A DNA stretch of 64,000 nucleotides, taken from assembly GCF_009914755.1 (NCBI RefSeq), contig NC_060927.1, one strand, 5' to 3'. The notes beneath the pieces were generated by a model. That model searched no databases, had not been told where the DNA came from, and worked only from the letters and a program-made list of their open reading frames with translations. Each line of letters opens with the position of its first letter. The first letter of the stretch is position 1. The translations under genes were made by a program, and so were the position numbers. The DNA comes from the human T2T-CHM13v2.0 reference genome, Homo sapiens. Of this stretch, positions 1-14,093 are shown piece by piece.

Positions 1-455
1 ACTGATGATATTCTTTTCTTTCCGTAACTACCGTTGCTTCCAACACAAGGCACATTCATCGCCAGGAGCCTTGATTTCTACCTGCAAAGTATGTCCCAAA
101 TCCTGCCTTCAGGAATGCTACATTGCACAAATCCAAAGGGTGATATCTTATCACTCATGGTGCCTAGGCTTGCTCCACAGGGTGGTTAATGACGCCAGCA
201 AGCATGATGAACCTGGAACCGAGCAACACAGAGCCCTGCACTGCTTCTATCCACCTCCCTGGCACCATCTCAGACAGAGCCATTATCAAAGCCTTCTAAA
301 GTGATCTCTTAAATCTCTGCCCCATCTCCACTCTTGCCTCTATAGCCCGTCGATCGGGAGCATGTTGGGTAATCTTTTCCGTTTTTAAAGTAAATCATGT
401 GACTCTTCTGCTTAACACCATCTTAATTCACGTTTATGTTCTTTAAAAAATTCTA

Positions 456-648
456 GGTCTGAAGACAACGGCTCAGGCTTGTAATCCCAATGCTTTGGGA
501 GGCAGAGACCGGAGGATCCATGAGCCCACGAGGTCGAGGCTACAGTGAACTATGATGGTGCCACTATACTCTAGCCAGGGCAACAGAGCGAGACTCTGTC
601 TCCAAAAAAAAAAAAAGAAAAAAAGAAATTAAAAAGTAATAAAAAAAA
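456..648 (+). mobile_element. Alu monomer (FRAM/FAM-like)
   Basis: GGCTCAGGCTTGTAATCCCAA...GAGGCTACAGTGAACTATGAT...GAGACTCTGTCTC then an A-rich tail; only one arm long. Confidence 0.85.
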
Positions 649-689
649 GTCCTTACTAGGCCCTTCAAGCCCCTAAATTAGAGAATAAA

Positions 690-1000
690 AAGTGTGTACC
701 TACAGGATCAGGTAGTTAAGTAAGAGCAACACAGGCCAGACATTCAGATGTGGGCATACATGATATAAGTGAAGGGTACTGGCAAACCAGAGAACATGGG
801 GGCTGCCTAAAGGGGCAGCTCCAATCCAGCTCCAAATGAAAGATTCCATATGGGAGGGAGAATCTGAAGTTATCAGACCATCTAGTTTTTTCAGAGAAGC
901 TAGAAGTCTGGATTTTTATGAAAAAATTTCAATTTTTATATGTTACCCCAATATTTTTAAAACAATGTGAAATAAATCAAATACCTCCACCAACTGGTAT
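690..1000. mobile_element. Old hAT-Charlie-type DNA transposon relic (family uncertain)
   Basis: GAGAAGCTAGAAGTCTGGATTTTTATGAAAAAATTTCAATTTTTA resembles a remembered MER102/103-like consensus. Confidence 0.35.
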
Positions 1001-1040
1001 ATAAGGCTCTTGGGTGATGACTTCTCAAAACAATCTCCCA

Positions 1041-1190
1041 AGCCAGGCACGGTGGCTCACACCTGTAATCCCAGCACTTTAAGAGGCTGAGACAGAACTG
1101 CTTGAGGCCAGGAGTTCAAGACAACCCTGGCCAACACACTGAAACCCATCTCTATTAAAAAAACAAAAAACAAAAACAAAAAAAAAAAAA
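1041..1190 (+). mobile_element. Alu left monomer (FLAM_C-like)
   Basis: GCCAGGCACGGTGGCTCACACCTGTAATCCCAGCACTTT...GAGTTCAAGAC (B box), ending in an A-rich tail with no right arm. Confidence 0.9.
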
Positions 1191-1516
1191 CTCCCACTTT
1201 ATCTCTATCCTTGGACAATCTACCACTTCTGTTTCTCTAATTTATCAAGCTTTTCCTACCTCCAAACCTTTGTACTTATTTTACCCATGAATTTCTGCAT
1301 TTATTCTATCTAACAGTGGCCTCTCTCTGCAAGTCACTGCAACATCACCCTATTTCCTATTTGATTCTCTTATAGTGTCTCATCCTCATGGAAGATTTGA
1401 CCAGTTCACACTGGTAAATTTAGTCGACAAGGAACGGCTTTACTGATGTATTGATAAAACCCATTTTCAATAAAAATCAATGCAGAACATATTTAAATGA
1501 GTGAACAAGATAGATC

Positions 1517-1569
1517 CACACAAACACACACATGCACACATACACACACACAAACACACACACACACAC
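1517..1569. repeat. Imperfect (CA)n microsatellite
   Basis: Directly visible. Confidence 0.9.
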
Positions 1570-1804
1570 CCCTTTTGAACTTCAGGCTAACAACGCCATT
1601 TGTTAAACATCTAAAATAAATTGCTACAAATATTGTTTGTGTGTACACAGATACATAAGCATGTGTGTATACACATAAGAATACATGTTTATATGTGTAT
1701 GATTTATGTAGAGGTGGATTAATACATAAGTAGATATTAACCTACCTCAATGTTGTTCTGCCAGATGGACTCTTTTTAAGGAGTATCTTCATGTAGATAT
1801 AAGA

Positions 1805-2003
1805 CAGTGTTTCTCAACTTTTGTTCCCCAGAACACCTGGCAATGTCTGGATATTTTTGCTGGTCATAAATGGGGGATGCTATCTACTGGTAGTGAGACA
1901 GGCCCAGGAAGGCTGCTAAACATCCTACAATGCATAGGACAGCCTCTACCACAAAGAACTATCTGATCCAAAATGTGATTAGTGCTGGACTTGACAAACC
2001 CAG
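1805..2003 (+). mobile_element. MER20 (hAT-Charlie MITE)
   Basis: CAGTGTTTCTCAAC start, GGCAATGTCTGGA, GCTGCTAAACATCCTACAATGCATAGGACAGCC, end TTGACAAACCCAG. Confidence 0.85.
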
Positions 2004-2329
2004 ATAGAGTTTTCTCCTTCCTCCACTCCAACTTTGCCAAAAGAAGGAATAAGCATCGCACATTTTTGGTTTTTGGGGGGTGTGGAATAATTTCAAATGT
2101 TCCTCAACACCACTGTGAAATACATCTTTTTTTATAAAACAGGATTGATTGTTTCTCTGACCACTAGCATATAGGTTCCATGAGAGACTAGGAAAAACGT
2201 GGGTTGTTTGGTTTGGTATGATTTTGGTATTCACCGAGTAGAGTGGTGATCCATTCTAAGCATTCGAGAAATGAACAAACCATTCCACTAGCAGTAATTC
2301 ACTCTTCTGTGCTTCACATTCTCCTTGTC

Positions 2330-2780
2330 ATTAAATGTTTGTTCAATCAATGCACTCAGATTGAAGCAGGAGACACTGTATTGGGTTCTAGGCACACAGA
2401 GATCAAGAAGAAATCCACTATACCCTCAAATTATTCAAAATGTGGAGTGGAAGCAAACAAATGTAAAATACAACACAGTGTAATTGACACATTCTTACAG
2501 TAAAGACATGTACAGAACACCACAGTAGCACACAGAAGGGGCCAACTCACCTAGACTTGAAGAATTGGAGTTGGGGAGGGGAGGATAAACATCCTCCTGA
2601 AGTGATGCTTGACCCGTCTTATGTGTGCTGAGTATTAATTGGGCAGTAGGGTAAGAGGAAGAAACAGCATTTCAAAAGATGAGATCTGAAAGTTGCATAG
2701 TGCAAGCAGTTCAGCATTTGTGGGGAAAGAGAAGGTCTATCTTTGGAAATGAGAAGAGTAACACATAAAGACCTTAATGT
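2330..2780 (-). mobile_element. L2 LINE relic
   Basis: Degenerate L2 3'-region pattern (TTCAATCAATGCACTCAGA...GACACTGTATTGGGTTCTAGG...). Confidence 0.5.
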
Positions 2781-3771
2781 GTAAACATGAATGAATTTCT
2801 GTTTTAGTATATGTTGGACCAGACTTCATTATTTTCTTCCCACTCTGAGATTCAGTGAACCTCTAATTTTATTCTAGACAATGTTACATAGTGATTGCTC
2901 AGTAAATATTTGTGGAATTAAATTGTAACTTGCACCTACTCCATACCCCATGGTTTTTCTAAATCAATAGTGTATATTGCAATTGCGACGTACTTATCAA
3001 AGAGTAAACTTGTTCAAAATTGAAGAGAATGCAGCTAATACGACTCAGAAATAACCATTTCCTTTAATTCTGTCTTCTTTAATAACACATACGTCTAATC
3101 TTAAGTACCAGCTCACAGTATTTTAGTCTAAATAGTAATAGTAATAACCACGGCAAAAGTAGGCCGGAAGAACTAGTTTTATTTCAGGCCATGTTCTGTG
3201 TCTACCTGCTTGCTCTCAAGCCTCTATAGAGAAACTTGCCCTACACTTATACTCAGATTTCTCCTAAAGCTGAATCTTTACATCAGATTATTATCTTAAT
3301 ATTTTGTAACATTTCAGGCATTGCATTTCATGTTTTGTAAAACGCTTAGGTGGACAACCCACTGGCATCACAAAGTCAACCTAAGTGCAATTCCCAGTGT
3401 TTCTTGTAAACATAATTGTTCTTCCCTTACCGCTTAAGTCCTTGTTGTCCATGTTAGTCTAGTCTCCTGATTGATAGTCACCTGAAATCCCTTCCTGCTG
3501 ACTATATTCTATCAGTTCTATCTGTTCATTCTACTATCCAAAAACTGTTTATCCTTCCTCTTTGCTTCATTTCCAGTAACAATGTCTTTACTCATCATCT
3601 CTCCCCTTTATTAGTTTAATAGCCTAATCCAACTTCCATGCTACTGGTTGAGAGATCTTTCTGTCCCACCCTATTTTGGATAGGCAGTTACCTACATAAA
3701 AAGCATTTAATGGTTTCCTTTGCCACATAGTTAAAGGCAGTCTACTTAACACAGAATATCTTCATATTCTG

Positions 3772-4552
3772 TGATATACAAGTGGCCAGGAAAAATATGA
3801 AAAAATGCTCCACTTCACTAATATTCAGAGAAATGCAAATCAAAACTACAATCCATACCATCTCACACCACTCAGAATGGCTATTATTAAAGTCAAAAAT
3901 AACAGCTGTTGGCAAGGCTGTGGAGAAAAGGGAACACTTATTATACACTGTTGGTGGGAATGTAAATTAGTGGAGATACCGTAAAAAAAAAGTTTGGAGA
4001 TTTTTCAAAGAACTTAGAACAGAACTACTATTCAAGCCCCAAATCCCATTAACCAAAATAAAACAAATCGACCTACAAAAAGATAAATACACTTGCATGT
4101 TCATCACACTACTTACAATACCAAAGACATGGAACCAACCTAGGTGCCCATCAACAGTAGAATAGATAAATAAAATGTGACATGGAATACTATGCAGCCA
4201 TAAAAAAGCATGAAATCATGTTCTTTGCAGCAACATGGATACAGCTGAAAGCCATTATCCTAAGCAAATTTACACAGGAACAGAAAACCAACTTTCACAT
4301 GTTCTCAATGATAAGTGGGAGCTAAAATTTGGGTACTCATGGACATAAAGATGGGAACAATAGATATCAGTGACTGCCAGAGGGGAAAGGAAGGGAAAGG
4401 AGCAAGGGTAGAAGAACTAACTTTTGGGTACTATGCTAAGTACCTGGCTGACTAGATCATTCTTACTCCAAACCTCTGCATCGTGCAATATACCTTTGTA
4501 ACAAACCTGCAGATGTACCCCCTGAATCTAAAATAAAAGTTGAACAAAAAAG
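3772..4552 (+). mobile_element. 5'-truncated older primate L1 (L1PA13-16/L1PB-like), 3' end
   Basis: ORF2 C-terminal remnant (REMQIKTT...), L1 3'UTR and AATAAA; 19-bp TSD AGAA(T/A)ATCTTCATATTCTG at 3753-3771 and 4553-4571. Confidence 0.92.
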
Positions 4553-4877
4553 AGAAAATCTTCATATTCTGACCATAGGTTTATCTTTACAGGCGCCTGA
4601 TGAGAAAATAATTCTAAATTATTGATGGTTTCTTCAGTATACATACAACATGATTTTTCTTCTCTCTGCCTATATGTTTTACTTCTGCTTAGTCTGATGG
4701 GCAATCACGCAAAACACATAGAATATTCATTAATATTTAGTTCAAATTTTCTTTAAATACTCCTTGACCCTAGTAGGAAGTACATTTTCCCTTCTTGCAC
4801 TTCTATTACCATGTGGGTGTGTGTTCATCATATTCTAATTATTCATATGCCTTCCTCAATTATTAGACAATGTGAAC

Positions 4878-6307
4878 TGTATTAATTCGTTCCCATGCTG
4901 CTATGAAGACCTACCTGAGACTGGGTAACTTATAAAGGAAAGAGGTTTAATGGATTCACAGCTCAGCATGGCTGAGGTGGCCTCAGGAAACTTACAACCA
5001 TGGTGGAAGGGAAGGCAAATACATCCTTCACATGGCAGCAGCAAGGAGAAGTGCACAGCAAAAGAGGAAAAGCCCCTTAGAAAACCATCAGATCTCTTTG
5101 ATGGGGTTGTTTTTTTCTTGTAAATTTGTTTAAGTTCCTTGTAGATTCTGGGTAGTAGACCTTTGTCAGATGGATAGATTGCAAAAATTTTCTCCCATTC
5201 TGGAGCTAGCATGTTTACTCTGATGATAGTTTCTTTTGCTGAGCAGAAGCTCTTTAATTAGATCCCATTTATCAAACAACCCCATCAAAAAGTGGGCAAA
5301 GGATATGAACAGACACTTTTCAAAAGAAGATATTTATGTGGCCAATAAACATATGAAAAAAAGCTCATCATCACTGGTCATTAGAGAAATGCAAATCAAA
5401 ACCACAATGAGATACCATCTCACACCAGTTAGAATGGCGATCATTAAAAAGTCAGGAAAGAACAGATGCTGGAGAGAATGTGGAGAAATAGGAACACTTT
5501 TACACTGTTGGGAGTGTAAATTACTTCAACGATTGTGGAAGACAGTGTGGTGATTCCTCAAGGATCTAGAACCAGAAATACCATTTGACCCAGCCATCCC
5601 ATTACTGGGTATATACCCAAAGGATTATAAATCATTCTACTATAAAGACACATGCACACGTATGTTTACTGCAGCACTATTTACAATAGCAAATACTTGG
5701 AACTAACCCAAATGCCCATCAATGATAGACTGGATAAAGAAAATGTGGCACGTATACACCATGGAATACTATGCAGCCATATGAAAGAACAAGTACATGT
5801 CCTTTGCAGGGACATGGATGGAGCTGGAAACCATCGTTCTCAGCAAACTAACACAGGAACAGAAAACCAAACACCGCATGTTCTCACTCATAAGTGGGAG
5901 CTGAACAATGAGAACACATGGACACAGGAAGGGGAACATCACACACCGGGGCCTGTCAGGGGGTCGGGGGAAAGGGGAGGGAGAGCATTAGGACAAATAC
6001 CTAATGCATGCAGGGCTTAAAATCTAGATGACAGGTTGACAGGTGCAGCAAACCACCATGGCACATGTATACCTATGTAACAAACCTGCATGTTCAGCAC
6101 ATGTACCCCAGAATGAAAAGTAAAATTAAATAAATAAATAAAACCATCAGATCTCATGAGAACTCACTCACTATCATGAGAACAGCATGGAAATAACTGC
6201 CCCCATGTTTCAACCACCTCCCACCAGATCCCTCCCACGACACATGGGGATTATGGGAACTACAATTCAAGATGAGATTTGGGTAGGGACACAGCCAAAC
6301 CGTATCG
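4878..6307 (-). mobile_element. THE1-family (MaLR) solo LTR, split by an L1 insertion
   Basis: 4878-5096 and 6140-6307 join into a THE1 LTR; the minus strand starts GATACGGTTTGGCTGTGTCCCTACCCAAATCTCATCTTGAATTGTAG. Confidence 0.92.
5097..6139 (+). mobile_element. L1PA7/8-like 3' fragment with 5' inversion
   Basis: 5097-5273 is inverted ORF2 sequence; 5274-6139 is sense ORF2 end, 3'UTR and (TAAA)n tail; perfect 16-bp TSD AAAACCATCAGATCTC at 5081-5096 and 6140-6155. Confidence 0.95.
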
Positions 6308-8309
6308 TGAACTTTGTGTGTAGTGACCATAACTAATTTTGTTTTCATATCATCACTGCCCAGAAATCTTTGACTTATGGCAGGTACCCAGTAAAAGTTA
6401 TATAAATTATCCTAAAGAATAGAAGAGAGTTTCACTGTACTTTTTCTGCCCATCTATATGTGAGTTAGTTTCTGTAAGATACTAGGCAATTTTTAAAAAA
6501 TTATTTTAACAATAATTTGAGGTTCTCAAATTGTCTAGATGTTTCTCAGCAATCTCAAATATAGAGCTTATCACTATAATTTCCTAAAAGAAGCAATTCA
6601 ACATTTAAATGTGTCTCTTTAATAATACTGAAGGCAACCTCACTGTGAGCTCTTTACTATTACATTTATGGAAAAAATAATCAATATTAAGGATAAGCAA
6701 AATATTAGATAACATAAACTTATTTAATTTTCAGTTTGGAGGAGAATGTATTATTTTTTCTTAGAAATGCTTTTTTTTAGAAAGTTAAAATGATCAGTTT
6801 AGAATTTCATTCAATCAACAAACAGTTATGGAGCTCCCACTATGTGCTAGGTGGTGTGGTAACTATTTGGATACTTTAGTTCTGTAAAATAGCCATGGGT
6901 CATCCCACACAGTGACAAGAGACTATAGATATCTACAGGAGAATCTGTAAGTAAGGAATTCAAGGAAGGCCTCCCTGATAAACTGACCATGAGCACATGT
7001 GAAGCAAGTGGCAATGACAGGCATACATGAAATGCTGGCCTGGAATGAAATAGACAATATGAAGGGGGATATGTCACACTCAAGTTGGCAGCATTGGAAA
7101 TTAGGCTGCTCTTTTGGTCATGGAACCTACACCTCTCCCTACCTTCTTCAAATTTCTTCCAGTATTACTATTTCTAATTGGTACTTAATTAGCATTAAGT
7201 ATCAATAGTCCAATATTTTGCTGCTTTCTTGGAAATATATGTTCATATGAAGAGATAAAATTAAATAATACCTATAAGAAATTTGTGTGTTTTGCATTTA
7301 ATCTATCCCTCATTTACAGATAAGGAAGATTTAGAAAAGCTAAATATAATCAATTTCACAGTTCACCAGTGATAGTGTCAAAATTAGAGTACAGCCAGCC
7401 AGACACACAAAATGTGATAATTATTTATTAAATGAATGAATGACTCTAGAGGCCAAGCTGCTAACCACCACATTACTCCATAAATACTATGAATTTCCCA
7501 GGCTTATGTCAATTGCTAACCTGAAAATCATGTTCTTAAGCCACAGTATTAATACTTTCAATTTCATCTTTGCTTTCTTGAGGGTGTAACTTAATTAGTA
7601 GAGAAGGAAGTTGGAAACAGTGTCTCGGGATTCAAAAACATTTTCAACAAGTGAAGTTTGCAGCTAATACTTCACCTGTCTTTAGAACTCCCCTCTCTCA
7701 ATGTGGCCCACTGTATTGCTCCAGGACTCAAAAGGGCCTCATTTTTCTCCATCTTCCACATTTCTCAGTCCCTGTGCCCATCCCACACTCCACATGAAAA
7801 CCTCGATTCCCCAATGCTAAAGAGCTGAGCTCCAAGTAAAGGAAGATCTATAATCTGATTAAAATAATCACAGTAATTGTAAATCTCTTAATCCTCTTAG
7901 AAGCATTAACATTTTTTTAAATGTGGGAGTGGGGAAGCAAGCTGATATAGCCTCTAATTGTTGGCATTTTTGTACAGCATAAACATTATTATATTTTCCT
8001 TTGCTGGGATAGAAATGGCCATCACATTGACATGGCAATCTGCCCAGAAATCTGTCTCCAAACTGTCAAATTAACGCTGAATTTTCCTTGACAATGCTCA
8101 TGCCTTCTCTGCTTTTGTTTGCTGTTTTGAAATCACCGGGAGGGGAGATTAAATTATTTTTAAATTTGGTGTTTGGAAATCAGGGTCTACACCCAGAACT
8201 AACATAAACTAGTTTCTTTAAAGAAAAATAAAGCAAAACAAAACAAACAAAACTTGATAAAGACTACTTAATTAGGAAAATAATAATAGAAACAATGCAA
8301 CAATTCATA

Positions 8310-8860
8310 CTAAATAGAAGTCAAAACATGCCGAACACTCTTTCAAGTACTTTACATATGTCAACTTATTTAGTTTTCACAGTAACCCCATCAAGTAGAT
8401 ACTCATATTATCTCAATTTTAATGATAAGGAAAGCAGCAAAAAAAAGAAAGCACACAAAGAAATTGTACGCATTTTACTGTGAAACATAATGAAAAATAA
8501 AAATTTCTATTGACATAATCCATTCAAGTTGACATGGCTAGTTGGTAATGAAGCAGGATTTCAAACCTAGGTATTTTAACCCGGAAGCCTTATAACCTAT
8601 GCTCTACTGAAAAGCACACTGAGGAGGAAAAACTCATTGACAAATAATCCAGCTCACTGTGTTATTCCTAGGTTAAAAACTACAGCACTTCAATTCTGGA
8701 AGAGACTAAAATATCCACTGGTTCAATTCCTGCATATTACAGATGAAAAACCACATACCCATGGCATGGTGAAAAACTATTTAATGGCAGATTCGAAGCC
8801 AGCAACAACCTACTCTAAATCCAAGACATGTTTTTCTCCTGCACTATACCATAATCAGTC
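8310..8860 (-). mobile_element. Cluster of MIR fragments
   Basis: MIR-core-like strings such as CTCAATTTTAATGATAAGGAAA, GCAGGATTTCAAACCTAGG and TTACAGATGAAAAAC. Confidence 0.55.
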
Positions 8861-11800
8861 TATAGAAAACCCATAGAAAAATCCACAAACTCCAAGCCAA
8901 GGTAGACATCCAAAGTCCTTAGCAACCTATTTTGTGAGATCCAGTACAAATATAACTGTTGAGTGCCCCCATTTATAAATTACTTCTGAATTTGGTGCTA
9001 TACAACATTTCTACCACAAGTTGTTCCAAGACTTTTGATTTTTTTTTAAACATGGGGATGTAAATTTGCGATATTTGGCAATTTTGGTATTTCTTCTTTC
9101 ATGTGTTCATTTTTCTGTTTTTAAAATAACAATTTGCTCAAAAATCAGAAGACATATTCATCCCTTCTATAACTCCTGTCAAAGCAAAGTCAAGAAATTC
9201 ATACTCCAATTTTATTCCCTAAATCACTTATTAATTCACAGAATGACATATGTGCAGGTTGTAAGTATTTAACTAGACACAGACTCTCGTAGTTTGAAAG
9301 GAGATACAGATGAGTGTATGCAATATGGCATGACTGTGGGCAAAGACAGTATGTAGAGGATGCTAGAGAAACATAAGAAATACATCAAATCTATCCTGGG
9401 TAGGTGAATGGGACAGCTAAGGTTTACCGGAAGATGAGACACCTGTATTGATTCATTAGGACAAACAGGAATTGGGATGGAAAACAGGGGAGGGAAAAGG
9501 ACAGACAGGAAAGGATATAGACAGTGTATCCCCAAATAGAGGAAGCAGATGTTAGAAAAGCCAGAGGAGTAAGAGTGTATTCGTGTGGTTAAAATTGGTG
9601 CCCTAATTAGGCATGTGTGCAATGTAAGCAAATCAATAATTCCAACATATCCAAATACAAGGTGCTGTCTCATAAGAAAATGAATTAAACATTCTATTTC
9701 TATGGTTCACAAAGAAGAAAAGGTCTTTGTAAGGAAATAAGGAGAAGAAATAGAGTTACGGTCCCAGGGACCATAAAAATCATCAAAGCTCAGACAAATT
9801 AGCCAATATATTCTCACTACATTCTTCTAAAGGCTGCAGTTATCATCTATAGAAACAATTTCCAAAGAAATGTGGGAGTCTTGGCTGCCTTTTCAAATAA
9901 CGAAGAATCCGTTATTATTGGCAAGCTATTTTGTCAAGGCATCAGATAATGCTCATCTTTAAACATGCCTCCTATGGACAATAAAATGTTGGTGACGGTT
10001 TCCAGCTTCAAATGAATCAGCTCTCCTTGCCCAGGGCACATTACTGCACCTGACCTCTTCCCTGCCCGTGCCTTGACCTTCTCCCACTCAGACGTTATTC
10101 CCTTCTTCATGCCTGTGAGCGTCTCATATGATTCCTGAGCTGTAGCTCTAGAATTTAGCATGAGGAGGGCTGCCCCTGATAGATGTCTTACATGAGTAAT
10201 GCTCTTAATGATCCCCAATGGGACTACCATATTATTCCAGCAGGATGAATCATTCAGACACAAAAACAAATTCTATGTATTTTACCGTGAAACAGAATGA
10301 AAACTAAAAATTTCTACGTTTAGAAATATTTTTCTTAAATTTTGCAAAAAATAACCAAGTTTTCCCAGTGAAAAAAGAGTTAACAAAAGTTTCTTCATAT
10401 AGTTTTGTAGTATATCTCAACCACCTGAGCATATTATACCATTTCTGTTGCCTAAAGAAATCCTCCAAATGTTATTTTAGAAATATTTATGAATTATGCA
10501 CAAGATTCCTCACAGAAATGCTAGATATGCTCTTGAAAACTGTGCACAAATCAATATTTTATAAGTCAAATAACATTTTTCACTGACAAATTATTTCAGA
10601 GATGCTTTCTTTTCATTTCTGGTTAATATTCAATTGTTAATGATTACTGACCCTTCAGAGTAAGCTTCTCTCCTGAAAATATTTCTGTCAAACAACTAAT
10701 ACTCTATTAGCAAATAATAAAACAAATAAGGGAAACTAGATTTCTGCAAGAAATACTTGCAGAAGGTAGGGACTTCTTTGCAATTCAGCCACAACCTCGA
10801 TTTTCTTTATTTTTATTTCTTAAAATTTCCTTAATGTATTTTCTTAACATGTAATTCATATGCAACACAGTAGTGCACCTCTTAATAGCAATCAGTAAGC
10901 TTTAAGCCATTTTGATAATTTCTCTTCTTATTCAAGAATATATTTATTTATTCAGCTCATCAGGGACTCTTAGCTCATCAAAGGGCTCGTGGTTTTGTTG
11001 TCTTTGTTTGTTAGCTTTAGGACAAAAGAATAAACATAAACAGTAAAACTGATCACTTTGCCTGGCTCAACAAATACAATTTGTAAAATGTAAATAGCTA
11101 CAATAAAGGAGAAGCTTTTGGTTAAGTAAGCCATTATGTAAACATTTAACTAGTAACCATACAAAGAAGAGGGGCAAACACCAGAAAAATGAAAAGGTAA
11201 AACACAGAAGATAACAAAAAGTAAGGAGATACTGATGTATTTAAAGTAGAAATAGGCAGCAACAGATAGGCCAGTTGGCCATAGGATGAGTGGTGTAATA
11301 CTGCAGCCACAAAATGATGACTATATATCATATTTGGTGCAAGCGCTTATTATTATTATTAATTCACACTCAACTACCCATATTTATTGGTTAGGAAATT
11401 GTATTTAAAAACGCAGAATTATGCTTCCTCTTGAAAAGTCCATCTGAAAGTCCATCTGAAAGTATGTCTACATTGAGGCTGTATTTCCCTGGAGCAAGAT
11501 TCAGCCAGCCACTCCTTGGCCCTAATTACAAGCACTTCCTTTCTTATACAGACCCTGTATAGGCATTTCAGTTTTCAACCCTTACAAAATATCGAAAAAA
11601 AAAAAAAAAAAACAGAATCTCATAAGTTTTATTGTGAGACTGTGACTTTAGACCAGACTTCAGATGGTTCAGTGGGAAATAAAGATGAAAAGACCAGTTA
11701 TCTAGCTTCTTAATACATTTTAAATCTCCTGATCCAGAAAAGTAGGACATCCCAGGATACCAAGGGAATATTTATAAAATGCAAGATTTGTTGGAAGGTT

Positions 11801-12477
11801 AGAAGAAAATTAAAAGTTATTTACATTTTTAAATAAACAGGAAGGTAGACTCCTCAAACTTGACATTACACTTTAGAAAAACACTGGCTAATTAGATATA
11901 TTGAAAACAATAACAACAAAAACAACATAACCAAGGGAAATGAATCTGTATCAAATAAGAAAAATTTAAAAAAAAGGGCATCTTGTGCCTGAAGAATAAC
12001 AAGTTTAAAAAGAACAAAATAACTCTCTTCAAATACTGAAACTAAATTAGATTTACCTTGGGTAGCTTTGGAGGATAAAACCAAGGCCAGTAGGTCAGGA
12101 ATTAGAGTTAGGTTTTAGCTTAATATGCAGACAAGTTTTATAAAAATTGTAAATGTCTATGCTATGAAGAAATAATTCCCGACACAGAAAGTAATGAGGA
12201 AAGAATAAAGACCGTGCTCAGGGTACCACGGAGAGGGCAGAAGGACAGAGAGACAGTGATATTCCAGGTACCGCCCAAGGGATTCTCTGATAGATTGAGA
12301 ATAAAAATACACATAGCATTATATCAAAGTCTATTTATCTGTATACTGCTATCCATAACCTCAAAGAAAATGCCAGAAAACAGATGTTTTAATCTCTAAG
12401 AATTAGGTTATCAAATTTATATTTATTTTACTTTCACCTTCTCTCCATTTGGTTGAAGCATGTTTTAAAATTATTTG

Positions 12478-12590
12478 TTTTTTAAATTGACAAATAAAAA
12501 TTGTATGTATTTATGGTGTACAACATGTTTTTAAATATGCAAACATTGTAGAATGGTTAAATCAAGCTAATTAACAACTGCATTATTTTT
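12478..12590 (-). mobile_element. L1MA-like 3' terminal fragment
   Basis: TTGACAAATAAAAATTGTATGTATTTATGGTGTACAACATG...AATCAAGCTAATTAAC. Confidence 0.7.
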
Positions 12591-13435
12591 TATGGTCTAA
12601 ATATAAGCTCACTCAGAGATCATCATGCATACCTCTATTAAATCACCTACACAGCAATCAACCATTTACCATAAATTCCTTAAGCACAGGGAATGAGCAT
12701 TTTTTTCTACTTTGTTGCCTGGTTAGGTGACTGAAAGAATGAATGAGATTATTAAATAATGCTCTTTACAATACAACGTCATAAGTGAAATTCTGTAATA
12801 ACCAATAGCTGTAAAGTCTACCTCTGAAAGCAGATTTTTCAGATCACCACTCCTAAACGCACCTCTCAAATACCTTCCCTAGTCAAACAAGTTATCTCCA
12901 TTATTTCTCTCAGCACTGTTTGGGAACCTACTTATTCCAGGAAGAGTTTCCTGACTAAGTTAAATCCCCTGACCCACCAGTTCCCAAAATGCAATTCTCC
13001 CTTCTTTCATCATATCAGAAACATCTTTCATTCATACAGTGCCAACAATTCACTAATGTAAATCGACATTTCATTTTGTGGTCTATATGTACACAACTTG
13101 AATCTTGTATTAAAAGCTCTTGCACATTATCAGGTATGCCTGAAACATTCCTTAAAGTGTCTAACAGCAGCAAAAGTTGGCAGCTGCTTAATAATAATTT
13201 TTTATTATTATCACAATTGATAGTAGTTTACTGGGGAATAAATAATTTTATTAAGCTCCATTAATAATAAACAAGTAGCATTAAATGAATGGCAAACTGC
13301 TAAGCAATGGATGTACTAAAATATATTTATTATGCAGCACGTACGTGTGTGTGTATACATATATATAGTATACATACAAAGTAACATATACATGTATATT
13401 ACATATATACATATATATATTTATGTATACATGCA

Positions 13436-13720
13436 TTTTTTTTTTGACAGACAGTATGTCACTTTGTCACCCTGACTGGAGTGCAAAGGCATGAACACAG
13501 CTCACTGCATCCTCAACCTCCTGGGCTCATCCACCCGCCTCAGCTTCCCAAGTAGCTGAGACTAAAAGCATGCACCACTACACCATGCTAATTTTTTTTT
13601 TTTTTTTCTGTAGCATCTCATTATGTTGCCCAGGCTAGTCTCAAACTTCTGGGCTTAAGCAATCCTCCCACCTCAATCTCCCGAAGTACTAAGATTACAG
13701 GCATGAGCCACTGCACCCAG

Positions 13721-13722
<2 letters not shown>
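13436..13722 (-). mobile_element. AluJ
   Basis: Diverged full dimer with poly-T on the + strand; CTCAAACTTCTGGGCTTAAGCAATCCTCCCACC is J-type. Confidence 0.9.

Positions 13723-13770
<48 letters not shown>
13723..13770. repeat. (GT)24 microsatellite between tandem Alus
   Basis: Perfect run followed by the (TTTTG)n tail of the next Alu. Confidence 0.97.
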
Positions 13771-13773
<3 letters not shown>

Positions 13774-13774
13774 G

Positions 13775-14093
<319 letters not shown>

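Noticed and set aside
5-304. 99-aa + strand ORF in unique-looking sequence
   Set aside because: No recognisable homology or exon context, and antisense to ROBO1; length is within chance
6195-6220. DUX4 site position in the THE1 LTR
   Set aside because: Reads TGGTTGAAACA instead of TAATTGAATCA, so it is degraded
10742-10764. Hairpin TTCTGCAAG-AAATA-CTTGCAGAA (similar 9-bp stem at ~43778-43801)
   Set aside because: 9-bp stems are expected by chance in 64 kb and are too short for a pre-miRNA
11435-11463. Short tandem duplications (AAAGTCCATCTG x2; others at ~27629, ~28230, ~45763 and 55429)
   Set aside because: Ordinary slippage duplications with no spacers, not CRISPR-like; the 11-bp one at 55429 only frameshifts dead L1 ORF2
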